Virus record (IMG/VR): IMGVR_UViG_3300035670_000087
DNA from: a virus
Length of the DNA stretch: 64,000 nucleotides
Strand: one strand, 5' to 3'
Shown: piece by piece, positions 29,795 to 38,563 of the stretch
How positions within the stretch are numbered: position 1 is the stretch's first letter
How the letters are laid out: every line of letters begins with the position of its first letter
Program-made: the position numbers and the translations under genes
The notes under the pieces: generated by a model
What the model saw: the letters and a program-made list of their open reading frames with translations, nothing else
Told to the model about the DNA's origin: nothing
Databases searched by the model: none

Positions 29795-30214
29795 TTACTT
29801 TATAATCAAAAACCCAATTGATATTACTAAAAGTCCAATAGCGGATTTTTTTATAAGTTTTTGTTTTTTAACTTCCTTTTCTAAACCTTTAATGGTTCCT
29901 GTGTATACTACTTCTTTTTCTTGATTGATATTTATAATATCTTTATAAGAAAATATTTCTTTGTCTTTATGTGCTATTATAGAATCTTTATAAGACTTTT
30001 GATTCTCAAGCGTATCTATACTTTCTAATAAAAGATTTCGCTCTTGTTTAAGAACATCTGAATGTACTAAATCTTTTATAACTCTTTTGGCTACATTTTT
30101 GTGTAACCTTAAAGTATCAGTATTCGGTACTTGTTGAATCTTTATAACGGTTTGAGAAGAAGCGCTCAAGCTCATCAATATCATAGCTATCAACAGACAA
30201 TAAATGTATTTCAT
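29795..30214 (-). CDS. Secreted/membrane coiled-coil protein, spanin-like candidate (start revised)
   Basis: MKYIYCLLIAMILMSLSASSQ signal peptide, coiled coil, C-terminal hydrophobic SAIGLLVISIGFLII. Confidence 0.5.
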   Translation of the reverse strand: MKYIYCLLIAMILMSLSASSQTVIKIQQVPNTDTLRLHKNVAKRVIKDLVHSDVLKQERNLLLESIDTLENQKSYKDSIIAHKDKEIFSYKDIININQEKEVVYTGTIKGLEKEVKKQKLIKKSAIGLLVISIGFLIIK

Positions 30215-30461
30215 ATTCCTTGTATATTTTTTTAATCTTAAGTTTATTTTCCTGCAATTGTAATTCGGCTCTATGAACTTTGTCAACAAATATCTCTACT
30301 TTCTCTCTATAAGCAATTATAGAATCCTCTCTTAGATGTATCTGATAATTTAAACTGTCAATGGCTTTTTTATACTCTATTTCTTTTTTTACATTAGATC
30401 TGTAAAATATTATAGCAGCTCCTATAAAAACAAAAACGGTTATTATTATAAATTTTTTCAT
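30117..30461 (-). CDS. Membrane-anchored coiled-coil protein, i-spanin-like candidate (start revised)
   Basis: MKKFIIITVFVFIGAAIIFY N-terminal TM then coiled coil; 3' end overlaps the next gene by 98 nt. Confidence 0.5.
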   Translation of the reverse strand: MKKFIIITVFVFIGAAIIFYRSNVKKEIEYKKAIDSLNYQIHLREDSIIAYREKVEIFVDKVHRAELQLQENKLKIKKIYKEYEIHLLSVDSYDIDELERFFSNRYKDSTSTEY

Positions 30462-30462
30462 A

Positions 30463-30897
30463 CTATTTAATTGAATCTTCCCAAAATCTAAACAATATAT
30501 TGCCTCTAAGATACGCATCTTTTTCCATTTCTAACAAATATTTGTCATTTTGTGCGTATTTAGGATCAGATAAAGCTTGCATATTTAATGAATCAAACTT
30601 TCCAGAAAGGTTTTGATTATGATGTATTAATTCGTGAGCATAGCTTCTCAAAACATCTTTTATGTGCCTTCCTGCCACAAATAAAGTTATTGACTTTCCC
30701 TGTGGGTCATAATATGCAGTTTTACCAAAAGGATCCGTAGCATACTCTTGACTGCTTGATATTATTACAGACGGGTATGGCATTATTTTAACTCCTGAAT
30801 TTTGGATCCACTCTGCCAAATTAAGTAGGTACGGAACTACGTTATGTCCCGAAACTGGTACCTGTTGATTTATATTTTGATATTTAGTAAGATCCAT
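30463..30897 (-). CDS. Putative zincin-type metallopeptidase
   Basis: RSYAHELIHHNQ (HExxH) plus downstream EKDAY. Confidence 0.7.
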   Translation of the reverse strand: MDLTKYQNINQQVPVSGHNVVPYLLNLAEWIQNSGVKIMPYPSVIISSSQEYATDPFGKTAYYDPQGKSITLFVAGRHIKDVLRSYAHELIHHNQNLSGKFDSLNMQALSDPKYAQNDKYLLEMEKDAYLRGNILFRFWEDSIK

Positions 30898-31451
30898 TAT
30901 GCTTCTGGTTCTGGGGTTTCTTCTTCTCCTTCCGGTGGAGGTTCGTTCCCTCCAGGTGCCTCTCCTTCTCCTCCTTCAGCTTCTGGAGATGCTGGCTCTT
31001 CCCCTGGCTCCGGTTCATTAATTACAGATTTTGTTTTTAATAATATATTTATCTGATCCAAAGCTTGTTCGAACTCAGATCTGTTAACAATATCGTATTT
31101 TTTCCCGTTTGCAATAACTTGAAAAAAATCAAAGTCTTTATAATCTTCAGGATAATTTAACTCAAGAGGACTTGGATTATACTTTAAATCAAAAAAATTA
31201 CCGTTAGGTATAACTACTCTAAAAGTAGTAGGTTTATATGCAATGCATCTAATATCAGAAACTACTTCTCTAAGTTGATTTATAGACTTTTCATTCTTTT
31301 TTTCCTGAGTGGTTAAAAGTTTTATGAGGGTATTTGTAACTTTTGGAGATTTTCTAATAATTTTTTCTAAGTTAGATTCATTTTCTACTTTAGTTATTTC
31401 TACCTCCCAAAGGACTTTGTTTCTAAATATTTCGTAAAATCTTGGCTTCAT
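30897..31451 (-). CDS. Hypothetical protein with acidic Pro/Glu tail (start revised from 31625 to 31451)
   Basis: ATG at 31451 lies 4 nt after a TATTTATA motif and removes a 161-nt overlap with the upstream gene. Confidence 0.7.
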   Translation of the reverse strand: MKPRFYEIFRNKVLWEVEITKVENESNLEKIIRKSPKVTNTLIKLLTTQEKKNEKSINQLREVVSDIRCIAYKPTTFRVVIPNGNFFDLKYNPSPLELNYPEDYKDFDFFQVIANGKKYDIVNRSEFEQALDQINILLKTKSVINEPEPGEEPASPEAEGGEGEAPGGNEPPPEGEEETPEPEA

Positions 31452-31455
31452 TATA

Positions 31456-31463
31456 TATAAATA
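31456..31463 (-). promoter_or_regulatory. TATTTATA putative late-promoter motif
   Basis: Between TAG at 31465 and ATG at 31451. Confidence 0.6.
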
Positions 31464-31464
31464 T

Positions 31465-31785
31465 CTAATCTTCCTTAGATTTAGATTTTTTAAGTTCTCT
31501 GCCTTTTTCAGGTTCGCTAGTTTTTTTAGGTATTCCGCCTTTTCTAGGTTCCCACCAATCAGTACAATACTCTTTTGGATCGTATGGAATTGAGTCAGTA
31601 CCTGCCCATTTTTGATAATACTCATTTATACAATGGTACTGCTCAGATTTATCTTTAGGCACCCACCATTTACAATTTGCACAACATGAGCCCCCATATG
31701 GAACTTTCATACCTGCTTTGTGGTTATTAGGAAGCTCGTAAGGACCGCCTCCGTACTCTTCTAATAATTTTAAAAATTTTATCAT
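31465..31785 (-). CDS. Small Cys-rich protein (possible Fe-S or Zn binding)
   Basis: CCANCKWW...HC...YCTDWW. Confidence 0.55.
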   Translation of the reverse strand: MIKFLKLLEEYGGGPYELPNNHKAGMKVPYGGSCCANCKWWVPKDKSEQYHCINEYYQKWAGTDSIPYDPKEYCTDWWEPRKGGIPKKTSEPEKGRELKKSKSKED

Positions 31786-32300
31786 TGTTTATCTTTTTCT
31801 CTAGATTTAAAGGACACTTTAGCTTTATTTGTATTTGACACAAACTGTTTTCCTTTTTTAGAAGCAGCTACTTTCTTTTTTGATGTAGCAGCTCTTTCTT
31901 CTTTTGATAGGCTTTTTGCTTTAGCTAATGGTAAACATCTTGTAGTAGGTTTTCCTTTTTTCATAGTCCCACAAGGGCCTGCTATATTGCCTTCAGTGTC
32001 TATTCTAACCCACTTCTCTCTTTTAAACCAACTATGTAAACTTTCTTCTATATCCTCTAATCCTTCTTTTTTTACTTTCCTCTTTTTTCCTATACCTCCT
32101 TTACACACTTGAACAGCCCTTCCCATTAAATACGCAGAGTGTTTTTCTCCAGCAGCTTTTCTACGTTCTGCATAAGCTTTTCCTTTTGGACAAAGCTTTT
32201 CATACAACATCTCCATATTGGCATCTTGCCCACAACTTTCACAATTCATGGCTTCTAGCTCTTCTAAAATCATTTTTTTTAGTATGTCTAAAAGTTTCAT
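31782..32300 (-). CDS. Basic hypothetical protein, CxxC plus DUF5872-like C-terminus
   Basis: CESCG; WFKREKWVRI...GPCG...RCLPLAKA; family name from recollection. Confidence 0.55.
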   Translation of the reverse strand: MKLLDILKKMILEELEAMNCESCGQDANMEMLYEKLCPKGKAYAERRKAAGEKHSAYLMGRAVQVCKGGIGKKRKVKKEGLEDIEESLHSWFKREKWVRIDTEGNIAGPCGTMKKGKPTTRCLPLAKAKSLSKEERAATSKKKVAASKKGKQFVSNTNKAKVSFKSREKDKQ

Positions 32301-33415
32301 TACTCAGCAGATTTAATTGCTTGTGCAGTTGCTATTGCATATTGTTTAGGACCCATCTTTTTTTTGCCTCCACCTTCTTTCTCCATTCCTTTTATTATCT
32401 CATCTTTCTTTTCTTTTTCAGCTTTAGTCAGTTTTTTTTCGTTTATGCTCTCTAGATCCTTTATATCTACTATAGTTTTTCCTATAGATGCTAAATACTT
32501 GTCTAGAGGTAAATCATCGCTTTTTATTGGAGTGTATTTTTTAGAAAGTTCTAAAGCCATTTTTTGGCCTGTATTGTCTTTCTGTGTAGGGAGCTTAGCA
32601 TTAATTTTCCTATAAGGATCGTTATAATATATACTATTACGATCTTTATTCTCATCTACTGGCTGTATCATTTGTGACTTTTCTTCATCATCATCTTCTT
32701 CTTCCTCATCGTGTCCACCTAATTCGTGGAATCCTTGAGCTGCTTGATCTATAAAGTTTTCTGCATTAGTTATATGATCTTGTATCCAGCCTGGAATGTC
32801 TCTTTCTTCGTCTCCTAGTTTTTGCATTAAATCCATTACCGATTTAGCTATAGATTTTAAACTATTTTTGGCCATAGATACTTCATGGTCCTCGCCTTCT
32901 TCTAAGCTTTTTGAGTATTTAGCAGTGTCTTTAATGTATTGTTTATCCTTTAAATCTAGATTTTTAATTTTATTAATATGAGGGAGTAGAGACTTTACAG
33001 CACTGTCAACATCTGGTTTTCCCGCATTTAGGAGTTCATTTTTAAATTTTTCAAATGTCGAATTACCCTTAATAGATAACTCCATATTTAATAACTCTCT
33101 TACTTTATCGTCACCATTTTGAAAAGCTTTTACAAGTACTAACCCTCCTAAATCTCCGGATCCAACTTCATCAACAGTACCTTCTTTAACTCTCTTAATA
33201 TTCTTCCACATTGCTGCGGCAGCTATCTTTTTACCTTTCTCTCCCCCACCAGCTTTTTTGGCTAATTTCTCAAAGCCTTTACCTTTTTTTCCTATGTCTT
33301 CACCTGCTTTTGCCTTCTTGGCAACATCAGATTTTTGCTTTTTTGTAAGTCCAGCAGATGGTTTTTTCTTCTTAGCCTCAAGCAACGCTTCTTTAAAAAT
33401 ATCAGAGAGGTTCAT
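32300..33415 (-). CDS. Hypothetical multi-segment protein, candidate internal head protein
   Basis: MNLSDIFKEALLE start; alternating basic and acidic segments separated by x-x-E sites. Confidence 0.6.
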   Translation of the reverse strand: MNLSDIFKEALLEAKKKKPSAGLTKKQKSDVAKKAKAGEDIGKKGKGFEKLAKKAGGGEKGKKIAAAAMWKNIKRVKEGTVDEVGSGDLGGLVLVKAFQNGDDKVRELLNMELSIKGNSTFEKFKNELLNAGKPDVDSAVKSLLPHINKIKNLDLKDKQYIKDTAKYSKSLEEGEDHEVSMAKNSLKSIAKSVMDLMQKLGDEERDIPGWIQDHITNAENFIDQAAQGFHELGGHDEEEEDDDEEKSQMIQPVDENKDRNSIYYNDPYRKINAKLPTQKDNTGQKMALELSKKYTPIKSDDLPLDKYLASIGKTIVDIKDLESINEKKLTKAEKEKKDEIIKGMEKEGGGKKKMGPKQYAIATAQAIKSAE

Positions 33416-33433
33416 TTTTATATAATTTATAGA

Positions 33434-33441
33434 TATAAATA
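33434..33441 (-). promoter_or_regulatory. TATTTATA putative late-promoter motif
   Basis: Intergenic upstream of ATG 33415. Confidence 0.6.
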
Positions 33442-33442
33442 T

Positions 33443-34021
33443 TTAATTTTCTAGTCTTTCTTTCATTTCCTTAAGACCTTCTTTTAATTTATCAACTAAT
33501 TTGTTCTTATCTAATCCTCCTTCCCACTCTTCTACATCTCCTTGTTCCGTAACATAAGTCTCTTTTATGTTAGATTTAGCAAACTCCTCTATAAACTGTT
33601 CAGCCTCTTCTATATGAGTTATTATGTTTTTAGTAACCATGTTTCTAGAATATTCTTCGTACTTTCCCTCCATTTTTAACTGTGTTTCCATGCTAATTAC
33701 GCAGTTAAAACACATACCATGTAAAGGATACATTTTCTTATCTAGAGGGTTTTTAGTAGGCTGAGAACACTTTGGACATAATAAAGGTATTCTAGTTAGT
33801 TTTTTTATCCTATCTAGCTTTGTTACTGTTTGTTTTATACCATCTTTTATAGTCCAAGTCTTATCCCCTTCTTCCCAAACATCCCCTTCTAAATGATCTT
33901 CCGTTTGTTTTTCGTAACCTACTTGTACTCCGGTGGCATCTCCATATTTTTTGGTAATGATGTTTCTCAGCCTTTGTACATCTCTCTCTCTAAACTCTTT
34001 TTTTAACTTTGTGTCTGACAT
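33443..34021 (-). CDS. Zn-finger hypothetical protein
   Basis: CPKC...HGMCFNC. Confidence 0.65.
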   Translation of the reverse strand: MSDTKLKKEFRERDVQRLRNIITKKYGDATGVQVGYEKQTEDHLEGDVWEEGDKTWTIKDGIKQTVTKLDRIKKLTRIPLLCPKCSQPTKNPLDKKMYPLHGMCFNCVISMETQLKMEGKYEEYSRNMVTKNIITHIEEAEQFIEEFAKSNIKETYVTEQGDVEEWEGGLDKNKLVDKLKEGLKEMKERLEN

Positions 34022-34023
34022 AA

Positions 34024-34284
34024 CTATAGTTTTTTTATTCTTATTTTTAAATCACCTGTACCTTTTATTGTTCTGTGCCACTGTCCCATAGGTATATTAA
34101 TCTGCGCCTCTATTTTTATAGGAAGCTCATTTTCCCTTTGAAACATCCAATCAGTAGGTTCTATAGGTTCTACTATCCTATCTTCACGATCTCTGTGCCA
34201 TACTAGCTCTCCTGATTCTATATCACTTTTAAAAACCCTTTCGTACCAGCCTTCATTATAATTTTCTGTGTATGGTTTATTCAT
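34024..34284 (-). CDS. Small cupin-like protein
   Basis: LVWHRDRE...IPMGQWHRTIKG matches the two His-containing cupin motifs. Confidence 0.6.
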   Translation of the reverse strand: MNKPYTENYNEGWYERVFKSDIESGELVWHRDREDRIVEPIEPTDWMFQRENELPIKIEAQINIPMGQWHRTIKGTGDLKIRIKKL

Positions 34285-34287
34285 ATT

Positions 34288-34884
34288 CTACCAGTATCCT
34301 GTAAAACTCGATTTTAATCCAAGCATAGATGCATATCTAGGAAGCCTGCAAGCCCAATATCCTGCACTTGTCCTGTCTTTATTCTGTGCACACTTATGTC
34401 TGGCTGCAAATGATTTACGTGCCTTAGGATCGTTTATTTTAGCTTTTAAACCACTGGTATCACCAAACGAAACTTTCTTGATACCTCCGCCTGGTTTACG
34501 CACATAAACGTAGAACTTCTTTGATCCTCCACGCTTAGGTTTATTTAATGGAGGTTGCTTCTTCTTAGCTGCTTTTGCTTCCATTAATTGCTCTTCGCTC
34601 ATAGGAAAATCAAGAGGCACTTTAATACCGTTGTAGTATCCGAATTCCCCAAGATCGGTATTTTTTATAAGCTTCTCTTCTTCTTCTGTAAGAATCAACT
34701 CTCCACTTCGGTATAATTCTCTAGCTTCTTTGAATAGTTCAAAATACTTTTTGGAGAATGGACGGTATACGTTTTCTGTAAGTAGTTTTTGATTGTCTAT
34801 GTGATATTGTAAACCCTCTGATATGGGTTTTTTATTGCAGTTGCAATCTTCTGCTACCTCTCTTAAATAATCGGTGAACTTCAT
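34288..34884 (-). CDS. Hypothetical protein with basic C-terminal DUF6321-like domain
   Basis: KKVSFGD...ARKSFAARHKC...SAGYWAC; family name from recollection. Confidence 0.55.
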   Translation of the reverse strand: MKFTDYLREVAEDCNCNKKPISEGLQYHIDNQKLLTENVYRPFSKKYFELFKEARELYRSGELILTEEEEKLIKNTDLGEFGYYNGIKVPLDFPMSEEQLMEAKAAKKKQPPLNKPKRGGSKKFYVYVRKPGGGIKKVSFGDTSGLKAKINDPKARKSFAARHKCAQNKDRTSAGYWACRLPRYASMLGLKSSFTGYW

Positions 34885-35255
34885 TATTGTAAATTTACAA
34901 GTTTATACTTAGTAGTTTGAATTAAAGTTTCTATCTCATCGTACTGATTCAACAGATAGCTATCTTGCGGAAGGGTGGGTTTTATTGATGTCATAAACAT
35001 GCATAAGCCTTCAAAGTACATAGCATGCGCCCCATCTTCTCTTAAGGTGCCAGCCATTTTATATCCGTATAAGATACCGTATTTTCCTTGATATGATTCT
35101 ACAAGCTCGTCTATTAAAGGTATAATACCTTCATAATACGCTTGTAAAGCTAAATGTGCTTGGCCAGAGCCAAGTCCTTTGGTCTGCCAATGATATATTT
35201 GTGCTTGGTTTCTACTTTGTAGTAATGTTCCTATTAGTAAAGGTAAATTATTCAT
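34884..35255 (-). CDS. Ferritin/Dps-like four-helix protein (DUF5856-like)
   Basis: QIYHWQTKG...HLALQAYYE...LIDELVESYQGKYG resembles the Dps HW-x-G...H...E..D ferroxidase pattern. Confidence 0.7.
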   Translation of the reverse strand: MNNLPLLIGTLLQSRNQAQIYHWQTKGLGSGQAHLALQAYYEGIIPLIDELVESYQGKYGILYGYKMAGTLREDGAHAMYFEGLCMFMTSIKPTLPQDSYLLNQYDEIETLIQTTKYKLVNLQ

Positions 35256-37981
35256 TATTTCTTTTTTGATCTTTTTGCTTTAATTTTATCCCACTCTCTG
35301 GCTAAATAGGCGGGTGCCGCAATATCAACATAATATCCAGTTTTATTATATATTTTTAAGTCATCTGGCAATGACGTAATGTTTGTATCAGTTATATCAA
35401 GGCTTCCTCCTACTTTTAAATTTTTAGGTAGTTCGCTTATTGAGGTGCCGGCAATTTCTAAATTTCCTCCTACTTTGAAGTTATCAGGTAATGAGGTTAT
35501 TAGGCTATCTCTCAAATCTAAATCTCCTCCTACTTTTAAGTCAGCAGGTATTGAGGTTATTTTAGTGTCTCTTAAATATAGATTACCTCTTACTTGTAAA
35601 TTATTAGGAAGTTTTTCTATTTTAGTATCTGAAATAACTAACCTCCCAACTTTTAAGTTATCAGGTAGATACTTTATTTTAGTTCTACTTAAATCTAGCT
35701 CACCTCCTACTTTTAAATTATTAGGAAGTTTTTCTATTTCACTATATGAAAGATCTAAGTAGTCTCGCACTTCTAAGTTATCAGGTAAATACTTTATTTT
35801 AGCGTCTTTTAAATCTAAATACCCTTTTACTTTTAAGTCAGCAGGTATTGAGGTTATTTTAGTCCCTCTCAAATCTAAATCTCCAATTTCTTTTAAGTTA
35901 TCAGGTAGATTCAGTATTTGAGTATCTTTCAAACCTAAAAATCCTTTTATTTTTAAATTAGCAGGTAATAAGGTTACTTGAGTGCCTCTTAAGTCTATTC
36001 CTCCAACTTTTAAATCATCAGGCAAGTCCTTTATTTTAGTATTACCTAATTTTAAAGTTTTTACTACTTCTAAGCCATCGGGCAAGTATAATATTTCTTT
36101 ACAACTTTCTAAATCTAGCCCACCTCCTACTTTTAAATTATTAGGCAGATATTTTATTTTACTGTTATGTAGAACTAAGTCTCCTCCTACTTTTAAATTA
36201 TTAGGTATAGAAGTTATTTTAGTGCTGTTTAAATATAAATCCCCTCCAACTATTAATTTATTAGGTAGGGAAGTTATTTCACTATATGATAAATGTAAAT
36301 CTTTTCCAACTGTTAAATTATTAGGTAAAGAAGTTATTTCACTGCTCTGTAAGTATAAATTTCCAGATATTTTTAAATTATCAGGTATAGACTTTAATCT
36401 CTTGTTTCTTAAATCTAAATGTCCATGTATGTCTAAATCCTCAGGAGTAAGTTCATCCAGATAGTATATAAATTTAGCCTTTTGTCCGTAGCGTTGTATT
36501 CTATTATCTTTTAATTTTTTTCTGTCACTTGTAGGTAATGACTTTTCAATATCTTTAGGAATATTCTCTCCTGTAGTTGTAACTGCATACTTAGATATTA
36601 ATTGTTTAGGAGTGTTTCTTATTTGTTTCTCTGTTAAATCATGGCTAAATCCTATGTACTTTTCCTTATCTGTATAATTTAATTTATCATACTGTTCATC
36701 AGATATTTCATTTTTAAATCTTTCATAATCTTTTCTTTCTTCTGCTGTTAATGGAATGTGTTTAAATAATTTTTGCAGTCCTTTTAATTTAGGTTGTATT
36801 TCTTCTATTTCTGACCAAGACATTTTTTTATCTCCAGGGTTATTTGATGTGGCTACATAGTAGTTCCCTTGAGCATTAATGTATATAACGATTGCATGAT
36901 ATATGTCTTCTTTTGGTTTGTCTTCATCAAAAACAAAATAAAAAACGGGCTCGTTAAGCCTCATACGATAGGAAAAGAACATATTAGAAGAATCTCTTCT
37001 AGATATACACCAACTATATCCTTTGCCGTACCTAACACATTTTTCTTTAAGATCTCCTAATAAAATTAGTAATCCATTTTGATTATAAACTACATCTTCA
37101 GATCCTTTAAAATCTACTTCATCATCATCTGTTTTTTTGGAAACATCTGATGGAAAATTTGCATCTATTAGTTTTTCTAACTCATCAAATTTATATTGAA
37201 ATATGTCTTTTTTTTGAAATACGTTAGATGATTGTTTATCACTAAATTTATCTATATAATACTTTATCTGCTGATCTCCCAGTTCTGGTTTTTCTTTTTT
37301 AAACTTTTCTAATGCTTTTTTCTTGGCGGAATCAGATACAGCTTCTTGCAAGTTTATGGACTCAGCCATAGGCTCAAATACACTTTTCCAAAAACCATCG
37401 TTAAACATTTCTTGGTATTGTTCTGAGTAACTTTTAAGTAAAGGTGACTTATCTATTAAAGGTTCATCATGTACCTTTTCATTCATTATAGACAAATACT
37501 CATTTACTTGATCGTCAGTAAAATCATCTGGTAGTTGTTCTTTGGCTGCCTGTATATCATTATTCTGAGCTGCCTGATGTAATGCAGCGGATGACTTGTA
37601 GAACTGGGAGGGCAGTAGCTGCATCCCATAGTTAGAGAACTTTGCAAATTTAGCCTGTAATTTTTTGTTTCTAGATGACTTTTCATCTAAAGCTATATAA
37701 GCAGGCTTATCGGGTTTAACTTCAAAAAGAGAATAGACCTCAGTTAAAGGCCCATTCTCTTTTGCTTTTATTATTGTTGCTTGAGGTGAAAAATGAGATT
37801 TTAACAACATTTCCCACATTCTTGCTTTTTGATCTTGACTTATAGGTCCATTAGTCTTACCTACTACTACATTAACATGGCTTACTTCAGGTCTGTTTAA
37901 AAGCCAATACAAAGCATTTAAATGCATTTTAGTAGGAGGTGCAAACTCTCCAGGATAATAACAAGGGTGCTGTGCTTCCAT
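35255..37981 (-). CDS. Multidomain protein: degenerate cytidylyltransferase-like N-terminus, central WCIS domain, 18 x 20-aa leucine-rich repeats
   Basis: YPGEFAPPTKMH (HIGH-like), YSWCISR, repeat consensus LP(D/N)NLKVGGDLDLxxTKITS. Confidence 0.7.
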   Translation of the reverse strand: MEAQHPCYYPGEFAPPTKMHLNALYWLLNRPEVSHVNVVVGKTNGPISQDQKARMWEMLLKSHFSPQATIIKAKENGPLTEVYSLFEVKPDKPAYIALDEKSSRNKKLQAKFAKFSNYGMQLLPSQFYKSSAALHQAAQNNDIQAAKEQLPDDFTDDQVNEYLSIMNEKVHDEPLIDKSPLLKSYSEQYQEMFNDGFWKSVFEPMAESINLQEAVSDSAKKKALEKFKKEKPELGDQQIKYYIDKFSDKQSSNVFQKKDIFQYKFDELEKLIDANFPSDVSKKTDDDEVDFKGSEDVVYNQNGLLILLGDLKEKCVRYGKGYSWCISRRDSSNMFFSYRMRLNEPVFYFVFDEDKPKEDIYHAIVIYINAQGNYYVATSNNPGDKKMSWSEIEEIQPKLKGLQKLFKHIPLTAEERKDYERFKNEISDEQYDKLNYTDKEKYIGFSHDLTEKQIRNTPKQLISKYAVTTTGENIPKDIEKSLPTSDRKKLKDNRIQRYGQKAKFIYYLDELTPEDLDIHGHLDLRNKRLKSIPDNLKISGNLYLQSSEITSLPNNLTVGKDLHLSYSEITSLPNKLIVGGDLYLNSTKITSIPNNLKVGGDLVLHNSKIKYLPNNLKVGGGLDLESCKEILYLPDGLEVVKTLKLGNTKIKDLPDDLKVGGIDLRGTQVTLLPANLKIKGFLGLKDTQILNLPDNLKEIGDLDLRGTKITSIPADLKVKGYLDLKDAKIKYLPDNLEVRDYLDLSYSEIEKLPNNLKVGGELDLSRTKIKYLPDNLKVGRLVISDTKIEKLPNNLQVRGNLYLRDTKITSIPADLKVGGDLDLRDSLITSLPDNFKVGGNLEIAGTSISELPKNLKVGGSLDITDTNITSLPDDLKIYNKTGYYVDIAAPAYLAREWDKIKAKRSKKK
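35350..36440 (-). repeat. Degenerate ~60-bp tandem array encoding 18 short LRRs
   Basis: 18 LP/IP-x-x-L/F units counted in the translation. Confidence 0.85.
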
Positions 37982-37997
37982 ATATATTCAATACTCA

Positions 37998-38005
37998 TAT
38001 AAATA
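37998..38005 (-). promoter_or_regulatory. TATTTATA putative late-promoter motif
   Basis: Intergenic upstream of the LRR gene. Confidence 0.6.
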
Positions 38006-38011
38006 TTGAAT

Positions 38012-38563
38012 TTATCCATTAATCATCGTTTGCTTAAATGTTGATGTGGAACTCTTTACAGGAGGGTACAATTCTACATTTTCGTGGAATTCTGAAGTGT
38101 CTGGGTCTACTACATTCATTACTACAGACTCTTTAAGAGTTTTTAAGAAAGACTCTCTTTCTTTCATTTTTACTTTAAGAAGTTCTATTTCTTTACTCAT
38201 CCTATTCCAGATAGGGTCCCCACAAGATTCATAATCAAATTTTGTAGCTGCTTCAAACAATTCAAACTTTACACCGTGCTTAGATACATAAGTTTTACCG
38301 TCATCAGCATTTTTTTCAATCTCATCTCTTACTAGGTCCACAAAAGTATTTTTACCATCATCGTCAGTTAATTCTTTCAATTGTTTACCTGTTTCCTCTA
38401 CAAACTTAAGCATTATAGCAACGTCAGTGGCTGACATATGACCTTCCATTAAAGCCACATAAATACTCATAGCCGCCTTTGCTACGCCTTTTTTAGTTAA
38501 ATCTGGGGTTTGATACTGTGTTTCGTCTAATTTAATTAGAAAGTTTGATGTTGTTTCTGTCAT
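38012..38563 (-). CDS. Conserved hypothetical phage protein
   Basis: GVKFELFEAATKFDYESCGDPIW...KERESFLK; ATGA overlap with primase. Confidence 0.65.
   Translation of the reverse strand: MTETTSNFLIKLDETQYQTPDLTKKGVAKAAMSIYVALMEGHMSATDVAIMLKFVEETGKQLKELTDDDGKNTFVDLVRDEIEKNADDGKTYVSKHGVKFELFEAATKFDYESCGDPIWNRMSKEIELLKVKMKERESFLKTLKESVVMNVVDPDTSEFHENVELYPPVKSSTSTFKQTMING

Noticed and set aside
31452-31625. 5' extension of the 30897-31625 ORF (also the extensions of 29795-30289, 30117-30518, 13770-14030 and 17367-18062)
   Set aside because: They overlap upstream genes or use weak starts; downstream ATGs fit the promoter motif, signal-peptide positions and operon packing better
35350-36440. Possible CRISPR array or DGR template/variable repeats in the 60-bp array
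   Set aside because: Units are degenerate, in-frame coding repeats without unique spacers; no cas or reverse-transcriptase gene in the window; variation is not adenine-specific by eye
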